From contig JAPDFW010000064.1 in the NCBI GenBank assembly GCA_028826165.1, positions 434,001-498,000 of the forward strand: a DNA stretch of 64,000 nucleotides, written 5' to 3'. Under the pieces are notes generated by a model. The model made no database searches. It saw nothing but the letters and a program-made list of their open reading frames with translations, and was not told the DNA's origin. The stretch comes from Anaeramoeba ignava BMAN. Taxonomy: Eukaryota; Protista; Anaeramoebae. The position numbers and the translations under genes are program-made. Below, piece by piece: positions 25,175 through 36,307 of the stretch (its first letter is position 1; every line of letters starts with the position of its first letter).

Positions 25175-26735
25175 AATATTTATTAAATATTAATATTTTT
25201 AAATATATTTAATTTAATATTTAATTATAAATTTATTATAAATATAATTTTAAAATAATTTATAAATTTAAAATTAATTATTATTATTTAAAATTATTAT
25301 AATAAATTAATTAAAATATTTTATTTATTAAATATTAATATTTTTAAATATATTTAATTTAATATTTAATTATAAATTTATTATAAAATATAATTTTGAA
25401 ATAATTTATAAATTTAAAATTAATTATTATTTAAAAATTATTAAAATAAATTAATTAAAATATTTTATTTATTAAATATTAATATTTTTAAATATATTTA
25501 ATTTAATATTTAATTATAAATTTATTATAAATATAATTTTAAAATAATTTATAAATTTAAAAATAATCATTATTAATTAAAATTATTATAATAAATTAAT
25601 TAAAATATTTTATTTATTAAATATAAATATTTTTAAATATATTTAATTTAATATTTAATTATAAATTTATTATAAATATAATTTTAAAATAATTTATAAA
25701 TTTAAAAATTAATTATTATTAATTTAAAATTATTATAATAAATTAATTAAAATATTTTATTTATTAAATATTAATATTTTTAAATATATTTAATTTAATA
25801 TTTAATTATAAATTTATTATAAATATTATTTTAAAATAATTTATAAATTTAAAAATAATAATTATTAATTAAAATTATTATAATAAATTAATTAAAATAT
25901 TTTATTTATTAAATATTAATATTTTTAAATATATTTAATTTAATATTTAATTATAAATTTATTATAAATATAATTTTAAAATAATTTATAAATTTAAAAT
26001 TAATTATTATTATTTAAAAATTATTATAATAAATTAATTAAAATATTTTATTTATTAAATATTAATATTTTTTGAATATATTTAATTTAATATTTAATTA
26101 TAAATTTATTATAAATATAATTTTAAAATAATTTATAAATTTAAAATTAATAATTATTATTTAAAAATTATTATAATAAATTAATTAAAATATTTTGTTT
26201 ATTAAATATTAATATTTTTAAATATATTTAATTTAATATTTAATTATAAATTTATTATAAATATAATTTTAAAATAATTTATAAATTTAAAATTAATTAT
26301 TATTATTTAAAATTATTATAATAAATTAATTAAAATATTTTATTTATTAAATATTAATATTTTTAAATATATTTAATTTAATATTTAATTATAAATTTAT
26401 TATAAATATAATTTTTAAAATAATTTATAAATTTAAAATAATAATTATTTAATTAAAATTATTAAAAATAAATTAATTAAAATATTTTATTTATTAAATA
26501 TTAATATTTTTAAATATATTTAATTTAATATTTAATTATAAATTTATTATAAATATAATTTTAAAATAATTTATAAATTTAAAAATAATTATTATTAATT
26601 AAAAATATTATAATAAATTAATCTAAAATATTTTATTTATTAAATATTAATATTTTTAAATATATTTAAATTTAATATTTAATTATAAATTTATTATAAA
26701 TATAATTTTAAAATAATTTATAAATTTAAAAATAA
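25175..26735. repeat. ~146-bp almost pure-AT satellite, ~11 copies
   Basis: The anchor AAATATATTT recurs at 25201, 25346, 25490, 25635, 25782, 25927, 26074, 26220, 26365, 26512 and 26658 (spacing 144-147). Confidence 0.92.
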
Positions 26736-26794
26736 TCAAAATCCAAATTTTTTTTTTCATTTTTCTTTTCTTTTGTTTTTTTTTTTTAATTTAA

Positions 26795-29700
26795 ATGCAA
26801 TTAACAATTAAAAACACTTTTCATTTACAAAAATTCTCAAAACAATTTAACAGTTTAAATGGAAAATCAAAAAAAAATCAACTGGAAAAAATTATTCAAT
26901 TATTTCGTGTGTGGATAAAACAACCAAGTAGTCAAAAAGAATTATTAAAATTTCAATTTTTGATGAATCCAACAATTTTTCAACAAATTATAAATCATCT
27001 TTTTTCTCAAATTTCTCAAGAAATTAAAAAAAATCATAATTTGAAAATGGTTATTGATGAATTTTTCTTGAAAAAAAAGAACCATTTTATATTCAAGTTT
27101 ATTTACAATATTACTTTAGAAACACCATCAATTTTCCAAAAAATTTCGCGAGGATTAATAACTTTCTTAACCTTGATTACAAATTCAAATTTTTTGGAAA
27201 ATTTCCCACTTTTTTCTTTTGATCAAATTCAAAATTTTTTTGACAAATCAACTCCATTTTTTGGGTCTAATATACCAACAGAATCTCAAATTGAAGAAAC
27301 AACGCAAAATATAGAATTTAATAATAATAATAATAATGATGATAATATTGATAAAAATAAAGAAAAAAAAAAGCAATGTATATTGTTCTTGATTGGAACT
27401 CTTGAAAATATCGCACAAGACAACACAATTATCAAAGAAATGCTCGTCAAATCCCAAATTTCAAATTTATTTCATATTATTCAATCAAAATTTGCAAATA
27501 ATCAAATCCCCCTTTTATTGCTTCGTCTTTTGTATATTCTCCTGAAGAAATTGACGTTTCTCAATATTCGAGACGAGAGAATAATCACCATTAATCAATT
27601 TATGAATTCACTTCTTTGTATTGCCAAAAATGACACATTGAATCCCATTTTAAATGTCAATATTTTTAAGCTCATCTTGTTTCTTTTCCAAGATTCAAGC
27701 TCTCTCCATTTCATTAGTATCTTCAAGGCGTTTCGTTTGAATCGAGGATACACACTTCTTTATCATTTGATCAAAAGACTTTCCTCTTTGCAAAACCGGG
27801 AATATTTCTATGACCTTCTTAATATTCATATCCAAGTAATTTTCCAGTTTCAAATTGGAGATAATTCCATGGAAGACTTTGTTTTTGTTGAAAAAACATC
27901 TGAAAATCTCAACTTTTATGCCTATTCTCAGATACAATCGCATTATGCATTTAATATTTTCATCGAGCTGTATAAAAAATATTCAGTCGAGTGGCAAATC
28001 GAAAACAAATTATTTGATTTCTTTGAGAATCTTTTGAATTGGGAACCCAAAATGTTCAAATTGCTGGAACACGATTTCATTGATACATTATTCCACAATT
28101 TCCATTTGCACAACCCTCAAATAAAGCAAAAATCGTTTGCTTTGATGGAACGACTCACCTCAAGTCACGATATCATTCATGGATTGAACACATACTGCAA
28201 TCTGTTGCTAAATGAAGATGATTCCGTTGTTTTCCATTCAATTACTCACATGATCCAAATTGTGTCAAACAACTTCAACTTTTCAGAAAATTTGCAAATT
28301 GGCGGAATCATCAATTCAATCATCAATAAAGTCTCTTACGTGATGCGAAAACTTGAGCAAATCACTCCCGATATTGTGAAAATTGCGCACAATGAATTCT
28401 TTTCGGAGATTATATACAATCAAAACAACCAGAATGTTTTCGTTTCACATGAAGCACTTGATCACCCAGAAATCCAGAATAATGATCAATATCATATCGC
28501 TTTGGGCTCGTTCCAAATCCTCTATTCGTTGGCGAAACTCATCTATTGCTTGCTTAAAACAAACGATGTCAACCTGGTCACATTCAAAAGCAAGGACGGA
28601 TTCGTTCTGCTGTTTCAATTATTTAAATACTCCTATTTGCGTTCGAAAATATTATCGGATATTATTGATATTTCCTTGACATCAAACCCAGACGGTTTGG
28701 AGATTTTAACTTTCGATTTGGTTCGGATGATGAAGCAGAACCCAACTAACAACAAAGATAATAACAACCAATTCGATATTTTTGACTATTTGGAGCAAAT
28801 GATTGAAATTATCACAGCTCTTACGATTCTGATAAATGTTTTCCCAAAACAAACCTCCAAATTTAAAGAATACGAAGGATTTCCAGCAATCGTAAATATC
28901 ATCAAGAACATAATGAATTCTGACGAGGCGAAATGTCTCGAGATTACCGAAGAAAACCAGGAGAATGCAAATCATCAAAATAAACACTTTATTTTTTACA
29001 TATTTATTGACACATTGATTCGATTTCTCACATTATTAATCAGAAGAAACAAACAAAACAGACAAGAGTTTATTCAGAACTCCTTCATCTCTCTCATCCA
29101 CCAACTTACCCAAAAATTGGATCTGTTTCATTCGGAAATATTTTTCCTACTTTTGTCAGAATCTCTATTAAATTTGGCAACAAATGGGAATTTTAGAAGA
29201 AGATACCCAGTTTCCCCTCAAATGAATCACCAAATCAACCAAAAAATCCCGGAATTTACACGAAACATGATCAAATTCTACTCTTCTGAGAACACTCTTC
29301 GAGATCATCAGCAATCCCATTTCAAGAAAACGCATTTTTTCCAGAATATTTTTGAGGTTTTTCGTTCTTTGGATATTTCCAAAAATCAAAAAAAAGAAAA
29401 AACAAGCCAAAATACTAATTTGGAAGAAATCAACACAAAAAATCCTGAAATACCTGTGGTTTCTGTTTCCGAACTTTTATTTAATCCAAAGGAGCAAATT
29501 GAAAGAATCAGGATTGAATTTCCCGAAGCAATCATTGCCATCATCAGTCTCACTGGAGATTCAATAGCAAAAGGTTATCACCACAACGAGGAAATCCAAT
29601 TTGTTATTCATATCCTGATAAATTTATTGCAAGATTCTGGAAACCGGAAAAGTATGTTTTTCGTATCCTTTATGAGAGCACTTTTGGATAATTTTCCCAA

Positions 29701-32700
29701 TGTGCTTGTTGATTCTGAAAATCCGCTACAGGAAAAGATACTATCTTTGATCGAAACACTTGGATCTTATTCTATTCGCAATGCTGATGCTAAATCCCTG
29801 TTTGGGCTGCTGAATCAAGAAGAAATACCTTTTAAAATACTTTCTTCGTTGATTCGAATGTGCCAGAAATCAGATTCTCCTTCAAGTCATTTTGACATAT
29901 TCACAAAAAACGGAGTGATAGGCAATATCATGCTTACAAATATTGGGAACATGTGGGTATCAACAGAGGGAGTCTCGATCTCAATGTGGTTTTGTTTCTC
30001 GAAAGAAAATGAAAGATTCACGCTATTTCATCTTTTTTCTTCTTCTGAAAACGAGCTTCAGGAATTACTGATGACAATTTCTGTGAATAACCAAGGCAAC
30101 ATCGAAGTGCAAAACACATATTTTATGGATCTGAGTGCTTTCAAAGGGTTTGTTTTCCAGCCCAAAAAATGGTATCATGTGATTCTTTCTTTTTCTTCAA
30201 ACGAGGCAGAAAAGGACTTTGGAAGAATCGAACTTTTCGTCAATGGAGAATATCAAGAAAAGGAAAACTTCTTATATCCCGATTTCACAAATGTGCAAAG
30301 TACAATATGCTTTGGTGGGCCTTCCAAAAAACAAAAAGACCCAAGAGCACAACATTGGTGTCTTGGGAATTGCTATGTGTTCTCAAGAGGATTCAATCCA
30401 AAAGATGCCATTTTTCTTTATTTATTAGGTCCAGATTTCGCCAAAAATTTCAATGGAAATTTTGAAGACTATATTTTGACTCATGAGCAATTTGAAAAAT
30501 ATTACTCTTTAATTTCTCAGGAAAAATTCATGACTTTGCCTTCGCTTTTTTCTTTTTCGAGATACAAGGATTATCTCTTTCTTGCATTTTCAGTGAAAAC
30601 ATATTCATACACTTTCCAGAAATCTTTAGGAAATCAAGCAAAACAAAACCAAGATTCCATTGATATATCACTGAAAAATCAAGTAGTTTTCATATCTAGA
30701 AATTGCTCAGTGAACGGACCTGCTTTTCCTTACAGAAGATTAGTTCCTTTCGATGCAATTTATTCCATTGGTGGTGTTAAGATTATTTTCCATTTGATGA
30801 CGCTTGCTCTTCATAAAAATAACGTCAAATTCCAACACAAAATACTCAAATTATTAATGACATATCTCCAAAATGGTCCGTCAGTTATCAAACAAATGCA
30901 ACACGAAAACGGTTATAAACTTGTTGCAAGAATTTTATCTCGGGATTTGTGGATTCGCGATTCCAAAATGCTTGAAATTTGCTTTAATATCTGTGGAATT
31001 ACCAAAAAATCCAAAAAAACAATCACTCATCATCGCCATCAAAAAATCACAAAGAAAATGAAATCAATCCACAACTCCAACGATAATATTCAATCAAATC
31101 AATCAGATTCTTCACAAACATATTTATTTAATTCGGGAACGGTTCTTAATACACTCGCATTTAAAAATTTAATTCTAGATTGGCAGATTTGGAAGAAAGC
31201 GGATAAAAATATCCAAAACCAATTGTTTTCAAGTATACTTTCTTTAATATCTCCTCAACACGAATTCCATTCTTTCACTATCCCAAGGCTCAAGCAAATG
31301 AAAATCATCTCGAAACTTCTAAGAATATTCAAAAAATATCCTGAAATTGATAATGAAATTGCCCATTTGATTTCCAAAATCATTGGTTTGTTTGTTTCAG
31401 AAGAAAAAGATTTTGATATCTTGTTCGATTTTATTGTTGAAACACATCAATTACAGCAATTTGTATTTGAGCCAACCCACGAAAATGCTCCAGATCAACA
31501 GTCCAAAGCGGATCAGAACGAATCGCAAAAAGAGCAAATTAATTCACAGGAAACGCGAGTTTCAATAATCACATTGCTCACACAACTCTTAGGCGCGAGA
31601 TTGAAGAAAAATTCGTGTCCAAATTTTTTGTTAACTCAATCACCTAATATTATTTTCTGTTTATTGGTTCATTCTTCCAAAAGAGTTCGTCTTTCTGTGA
31701 TCAAATTAATCAAGCAATTGCTTCAATTCCCAAAAATTTCTGAATTATTCCAGAACACATGTGCTTTTGGATTGATACAGATGCAACTACAACAATTCTC
31801 AACATCACTTGATATTTTTGATGAACTACTAACAATTTTCTTAGAATACTCGATCGTTTCAGCAGTTTTTTTAATTGCAGCAAGTACAAATAACATCATG
31901 TATATTTTCAATGCGATTAAAACAATGCGAGGGATGTTTCATCAAGACAAGCAAGACGAATATATCAAGAAGGGGTTAATTGGGCAACTTTGTTCAATAC
32001 TTGATAATATCAGTCAGAAGAATGAAAGCAATCAAAATGACAATAATAATAATAATATTGAAAACAATAATAATAATAATATTGAAAACAATAATAATAA
32101 CAATAATGAAAACAATAATAATAATAATAATGAAAACAATAATAATAATATTGAAAAAAGTGAAAGCGACCAGGATTTAGCAAGAATACAAACAAATTTA
32201 GAAAAAGAAATCATTTCATTTCTTTCGGAAATCTGCGAATATGGATTCCAAAAAGAAAAAGGAATTGAGCAAATTGTGTTCAAAGTTTTTTCTCATTTAA
32301 TGTGCATTGAAAATGTTGATCAAATTAAGATTAGGGTTTTCCAAGAGTTGGTTATTGAAAACATTCTCAAAAGTTTCGATAACAAAACAGATAGCAAAAT
32401 GATTAACAAAAACAAAAACAAGCAAATCGTTATTGTATTGAATTACATTTCGTTTTTAGATTTCGCAATTCGATTAATTATCCATTGGATCCAAATTGAA
32501 ATTGCAATTTCGCAAATGAAAAAGAGCGAAGATCAAGAATTAGTTGAAAATGTTGAATCTTTACATTTCCCAACACAAACAGATCTTACATTTCTTGAAA
32601 AAATCTTGAATTATGTCATTTCCACTTCCCAAAAGGGAGCATTTTTTCAGCTCAAATACTCCAAAAAACTTGAGCTATCATTTTCACAAACATTCCCCTT

Positions 32701-35700
32701 ATTAGTTTCCTCATTACTCAGTATCGATTCGTCCCAATCATTAACACACTTCATTGTTGATTTTTTGACCAAAAACGGGGATACATTGATTCGACTCATT
32801 GATTACCAACAAGCATTTTTCCCTATTATATTTCTATTATCGAAAGACGAACTCAAGCAGGAAACAAACAATTTGTTTAGTTTTCTTTTCCAAAACCGCA
32901 AATTCAAAAAAAAAATTCTTGGGAAATCAATCAAACTGAAATCAAAAAAACAAGGAAATCAAGAAGAAAATTTCCAGGAGATTATTCATAAAAATATCCA
33001 AAATCAGGCACATATCTTGATTGAGAAAAATAAAATTGAACAGGACTCTTTCAATCAATCAATTTTAAAAGAGCTTGATATTATTCGTCTTCACATCAAA
33101 GAAAACGGAGAAGAAATTAGCAAGCTTGCTGAAATGTCGATTCATTTATTCATTTCGAAACAAAACAACTTATCGAAAAAATCTCAGCATCGAATTTGGA
33201 GTTCATTGTTTAAACAAATAAACGTATCAATCAAATGGAAAGAGTTGATCGAAAAGGAGGCTGAGAACGAAAAAGGAATATGGTTTCAAGAGCCAATATT
33301 ACAATTATATAAGATTCAAGAAATTGAAGGACCACAGAATTTACGAAGAAGATTAAAGCGCATTCCCATATTTAGTGAAGAGGAATTATTATTTCATTTA
33401 CAAAAATTTATATCGAAAGAGAATTATTTAGAACTTGAATCCATATCCCAAAATTTGAATTTGAATTTGAATTTGAATTTGAATTCGAATTCTCGATCAA
33501 TGGAAACACTTCCAAAAAATTCCCTGAATTATATCCAAAAAATGAATTACAATAATATCATCAACTTCCTTCAAGCACAAAACCATAAATTTTCTTTTGA
33601 TATTCTCTCGTTATTTGAGCAAAATGAAAAAGATCTAAAATCATCAATATATTCCGAATTCGAACCAAAATTACCAAACAGATCTGCTAACACTGAAAAG
33701 AAGGATGAAATTAGGTTTCAAAAAATATTTCATTTCCATAAATCAAAGGATTTGATTTTGGGCGAAGTTATGCAATTTGAAATTGGAAAAGAGATATATC
33801 GAGAATTTGTTGAAATCGACACTGATCCACTCAAAAATATACTCACATATTTTAAAGGAATACACTATTCAAGTAAATGCAAACAAATATCGTATTTGAT
33901 GGAATATCATGGAGAAGTGCTATTATCCCAAAAAGAACTTATTTTTCTTGTTGTTGATGTTTCGGATCTTTCAATTCCGGAAACTATCAAGAATCCAATT
34001 AAACAAAAATACTATTCTAAGAAAAATTTGACAATTCCAACATTGAAAATAATTGAAATTTTCCTCAGAAAATATCTATCGGAAGATGTGGGAATAGAAA
34101 TCACTTTAGCTTCAAGAAATCGGATATTTTTTATTTTTCCTTCAGAAAACAAAAGAAATGAATTTTATGAAAAATTAATGAAATGCAATCTTCCAAATTT
34201 AATTGATTACGAATCAACTCAAAATGGAATTTGCTTAAATGAAGTGATAACAGAACTCTGGAAAAAGCAAAAAATATCCAATTTTTCCTATCTTATGCAT
34301 ATAAACAAGATATATGGACACACACCTAATGATTTATCGCAATATCCAATACTTCCAAATGCACTTCTTCATCTCAAAAGCAAAAAATACTCTCTATTTG
34401 ATCAGAGAAATGAAAAGATTTCAAGAAGTGCAGAAAAAAGAAGATTTTCAAAACTAAATGATATTTTTTCCTTTTTGGTTCGTTTTGAACCCTTTGCTTC
34501 ATATGCTATCCACTTAAACAACGACAATTCAAATACATTTGCCAAACACTCAAGGAAAAAAAAACTGAAAGGATTAATACCAGAAATATTTGCAATGCCA
34601 GAAATATGGGCTAATTTAAATGGATATAATTTTCCTTCAATTTTAGAATCAAAATTTCTAAGACAAGAAAAAAGAGGTATATTGAAGGAACAAAATCCAA
34701 GATCGACAACAAAAAAGATTGCAAAAGAATTAGAAAAAGGATTTTTTTCAAATCATCTTGAAGAATGGATGAGGGATAATTTTAAATTTGGAGAAACAAA
34801 AAATCTTTCACAAAAAGAAGAAAATATCGGAATACAAAATGAATTGGAGATTGAATCAGAAAATACAGAAGACGAAAAACAAATCAAGAATCCATCACAA
34901 CAAGAAATTAGGTCAGAAATTACAGATGAAGATGATGGATTTAAAGAATATGATGATATTAATTTAAATGAAAATGAAATTGAAAATGAAAATAATCAAA
35001 ATCAAAATAATCAAAATCAAAATGAAAATGATAATATAAATACAAAATTGGAGGAAAATTTGCAAATAATTCAAAAATCAGACGAAGAAGAATTTGAAGA
35101 AATAAATTTGATTTCGAAGGAAGAAGGAATGATTTTGAATGATCCTTTTTTATCTTCATTATTCCCACAAATACCATCCAAAACAAGTTTTGTTTACAAT
35201 ATTCAAGAACTTGAAGTGAAAAAATACGAAGATAAGAAAACGGAAATTAAAAGTTTGTTCTTTCAAGAAAACAAGCTGCAATATCTAAGCATAAACGAAT
35301 GTATTGTGAATCCAGATAAAAAATATGTTATTTCATGGGATCATTGGGATTCAATAATACGATTGAAAAAATACGGGTCGGAAATAGCGGAGATTGGAGT
35401 TGAACCGTTTTTGGACGATGTTATAAATTGCTGTGCGGTTTCTAATGATGGGATGATTGTTGTTGCTGGAGGAAGAAAGGGAGTGATTTATATTTGGGAG
35501 ATTTTATGGAAAAATGAAGAAGTTGAAAAATTAGAATTCAAAAAAATGATATTTGGACATACAGAATCAATCACATCTCTTGCTATTTCTTCAGAATTCA
35601 GGATAATTGCAAGTGGTTCTAGTGATGGATCTGTTATTATTTGGGATTTAGATAATTATAGTTGCGAATACTCACTTGAAAGTGGATTTCTTGCAAATAT

Positions 35701-36085
35701 TGAGTTGATCCAAATCAATTCAATTACAGGTGATATTGCAGCTTTTATTCGCAATGAAAAGAATAAATCTCAAAAAAATGTGCTTATCCTTTGGAGCTTA
35801 AATGGTCATCTTATCCAAAAAAATGTTCTTTTAGACGATGAAAGTGGAATTATTAAATCTCTTTTATTTTTCCCTGTTGAACAATTTTTTGGAAAAGGAT
35901 TTATTTTTTCTGGAATGTTTAATGGTGATATTTTAATTTGGAATTTAATTGATTTGACACTTTTTTATAAAATTCAAAAAACTTCAAAATATCCAATTAC
36001 TGCTTTATGTTTTTCAAATGATTTGGAAAGATTTTATTCAAGTGATTCAAATGGAAGAATATTTTATTGGGGAAAAAAAGATTAA
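26795..36085 (+). CDS. BEACH-family (LYST/neurobeachin/Lvs-like) protein: ARM-like solenoid, ConA-like domain, PH, degenerate BEACH, WD40
   Basis: Intronless 3096-aa ORF. GVSISMWF...KKWYHVIL...LFVNG (ConA-like); EGPQNLRRRLK; IFLRKYLSEDVGIEI (PH); WKKQKISNFSYLMHINKIYGHTPNDLSQYPILP (BEACH start); GHTESITSLAIS...ASGSSDGSVIIWD (WD40). Confidence 0.9.
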   Translation: MQLTIKNTFHLQKFSKQFNSLNGKSKKNQLEKIIQLFRVWIKQPSSQKELLKFQFLMNPTIFQQIINHLFSQISQEIKKNHNLKMVIDEFFLKKKNHFIFKFIYNITLETPSIFQKISRGLITFLTLITNSNFLENFPLFSFDQIQNFFDKSTPFFGSNIPTESQIEETTQNIEFNNNNNNDDNIDKNKEKKKQCILFLIGTLENIAQDNTIIKEMLVKSQISNLFHIIQSKFANNQIPLLLLRLLYILLKKLTFLNIRDERIITINQFMNSLLCIAKNDTLNPILNVNIFKLILFLFQDSSSLHFISIFKAFRLNRGYTLLYHLIKRLSSLQNREYFYDLLNIHIQVIFQFQIGDNSMEDFVFVEKTSENLNFYAYSQIQSHYAFNIFIELYKKYSVEWQIENKLFDFFENLLNWEPKMFKLLEHDFIDTLFHNFHLHNPQIKQKSFALMERLTSSHDIIHGLNTYCNLLLNEDDSVVFHSITHMIQIVSNNFNFSENLQIGGIINSIINKVSYVMRKLEQITPDIVKIAHNEFFSEIIYNQNNQNVFVSHEALDHPEIQNNDQYHIALGSFQILYSLAKLIYCLLKTNDVNLVTFKSKDGFVLLFQLFKYSYLRSKILSDIIDISLTSNPDGLEILTFDLVRMMKQNPTNNKDNNNQFDIFDYLEQMIEIITALTILINVFPKQTSKFKEYEGFPAIVNIIKNIMNSDEAKCLEITEENQENANHQNKHFIFYIFIDTLIRFLTLLIRRNKQNRQEFIQNSFISLIHQLTQKLDLFHSEIFFLLLSESLLNLATNGNFRRRYPVSPQMNHQINQKIPEFTRNMIKFYSSENTLRDHQQSHFKKTHFFQNIFEVFRSLDISKNQKKEKTSQNTNLEEINTKNPEIPVVSVSELLFNPKEQIERIRIEFPEAIIAIISLTGDSIAKGYHHNEEIQFVIHILINLLQDSGNRKSMFFVSFMRALLDNFPNVLVDSENPLQEKILSLIETLGSYSIRNADAKSLFGLLNQEEIPFKILSSLIRMCQKSDSPSSHFDIFTKNGVIGNIMLTNIGNMWVSTEGVSISMWFCFSKENERFTLFHLFSSSENELQELLMTISVNNQGNIEVQNTYFMDLSAFKGFVFQPKKWYHVILSFSSNEAEKDFGRIELFVNGEYQEKENFLYPDFTNVQSTICFGGPSKKQKDPRAQHWCLGNCYVFSRGFNPKDAIFLYLLGPDFAKNFNGNFEDYILTHEQFEKYYSLISQEKFMTLPSLFSFSRYKDYLFLAFSVKTYSYTFQKSLGNQAKQNQDSIDISLKNQVVFISRNCSVNGPAFPYRRLVPFDAIYSIGGVKIIFHLMTLALHKNNVKFQHKILKLLMTYLQNGPSVIKQMQHENGYKLVARILSRDLWIRDSKMLEICFNICGITKKSKKTITHHRHQKITKKMKSIHNSNDNIQSNQSDSSQTYLFNSGTVLNTLAFKNLILDWQIWKKADKNIQNQLFSSILSLISPQHEFHSFTIPRLKQMKIISKLLRIFKKYPEIDNEIAHLISKIIGLFVSEEKDFDILFDFIVETHQLQQFVFEPTHENAPDQQSKADQNESQKEQINSQETRVSIITLLTQLLGARLKKNSCPNFLLTQSPNIIFCLLVHSSKRVRLSVIKLIKQLLQFPKISELFQNTCAFGLIQMQLQQFSTSLDIFDELLTIFLEYSIVSAVFLIAASTNNIMYIFNAIKTMRGMFHQDKQDEYIKKGLIGQLCSILDNISQKNESNQNDNNNNNIENNNNNNIENNNNNNNENNNNNNNENNNNNIEKSESDQDLARIQTNLEKEIISFLSEICEYGFQKEKGIEQIVFKVFSHLMCIENVDQIKIRVFQELVIENILKSFDNKTDSKMINKNKNKQIVIVLNYISFLDFAIRLIIHWIQIEIAISQMKKSEDQELVENVESLHFPTQTDLTFLEKILNYVISTSQKGAFFQLKYSKKLELSFSQTFPLLVSSLLSIDSSQSLTHFIVDFLTKNGDTLIRLIDYQQAFFPIIFLLSKDELKQETNNLFSFLFQNRKFKKKILGKSIKLKSKKQGNQEENFQEIIHKNIQNQAHILIEKNKIEQDSFNQSILKELDIIRLHIKENGEEISKLAEMSIHLFISKQNNLSKKSQHRIWSSLFKQINVSIKWKELIEKEAENEKGIWFQEPILQLYKIQEIEGPQNLRRRLKRIPIFSEEELLFHLQKFISKENYLELESISQNLNLNLNLNLNSNSRSMETLPKNSLNYIQKMNYNNIINFLQAQNHKFSFDILSLFEQNEKDLKSSIYSEFEPKLPNRSANTEKKDEIRFQKIFHFHKSKDLILGEVMQFEIGKEIYREFVEIDTDPLKNILTYFKGIHYSSKCKQISYLMEYHGEVLLSQKELIFLVVDVSDLSIPETIKNPIKQKYYSKKNLTIPTLKIIEIFLRKYLSEDVGIEITLASRNRIFFIFPSENKRNEFYEKLMKCNLPNLIDYESTQNGICLNEVITELWKKQKISNFSYLMHINKIYGHTPNDLSQYPILPNALLHLKSKKYSLFDQRNEKISRSAEKRRFSKLNDIFSFLVRFEPFASYAIHLNNDNSNTFAKHSRKKKLKGLIPEIFAMPEIWANLNGYNFPSILESKFLRQEKRGILKEQNPRSTTKKIAKELEKGFFSNHLEEWMRDNFKFGETKNLSQKEENIGIQNELEIESENTEDEKQIKNPSQQEIRSEITDEDDGFKEYDDINLNENEIENENNQNQNNQNQNENDNINTKLEENLQIIQKSDEEEFEEINLISKEEGMILNDPFLSSLFPQIPSKTSFVYNIQELEVKKYEDKKTEIKSLFFQENKLQYLSINECIVNPDKKYVISWDHWDSIIRLKKYGSEIAEIGVEPFLDDVINCCAVSNDGMIVVAGGRKGVIYIWEILWKNEEVEKLEFKKMIFGHTESITSLAISSEFRIIASGSSDGSVIIWDLDNYSCEYSLESGFLANIELIQINSITGDIAAFIRNEKNKSQKNVLILWSLNGHLIQKNVLLDDESGIIKSLLFFPVEQFFGKGFIFSGMFNGDILIWNLIDLTLFYKIQKTSKYPITALCFSNDLERFYSSDSNGRIFYWGKKD

Positions 36086-36307
36086 TTTTTAAAGGAAAAA
36101 GAAAATTGTTTTTTTTTTTTTGGATTTTGATTTTGAATTTAATTTTTGAAGTTTTGAAAAAATTTGAAAAAGATTTAAATTCTTTCTTTTAGATTAAAAA
36201 TCAAAATTAAAATTAAAAGAAAAGAACTCAAAAAAAAAAAGGAATGAATTGTTTTTGTTGTTTTGAAAAGAAAAAGAAAAAGAAAGAAACTTTTTAAATT
36301 CTTTCTT

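Noticed and set aside
25175-26735. CRISPR-like periodicity (also 61945-64000)
   Set aside because: The units repeat in full with no unique spacers, there are no cas genes, and the context is eukaryotic.
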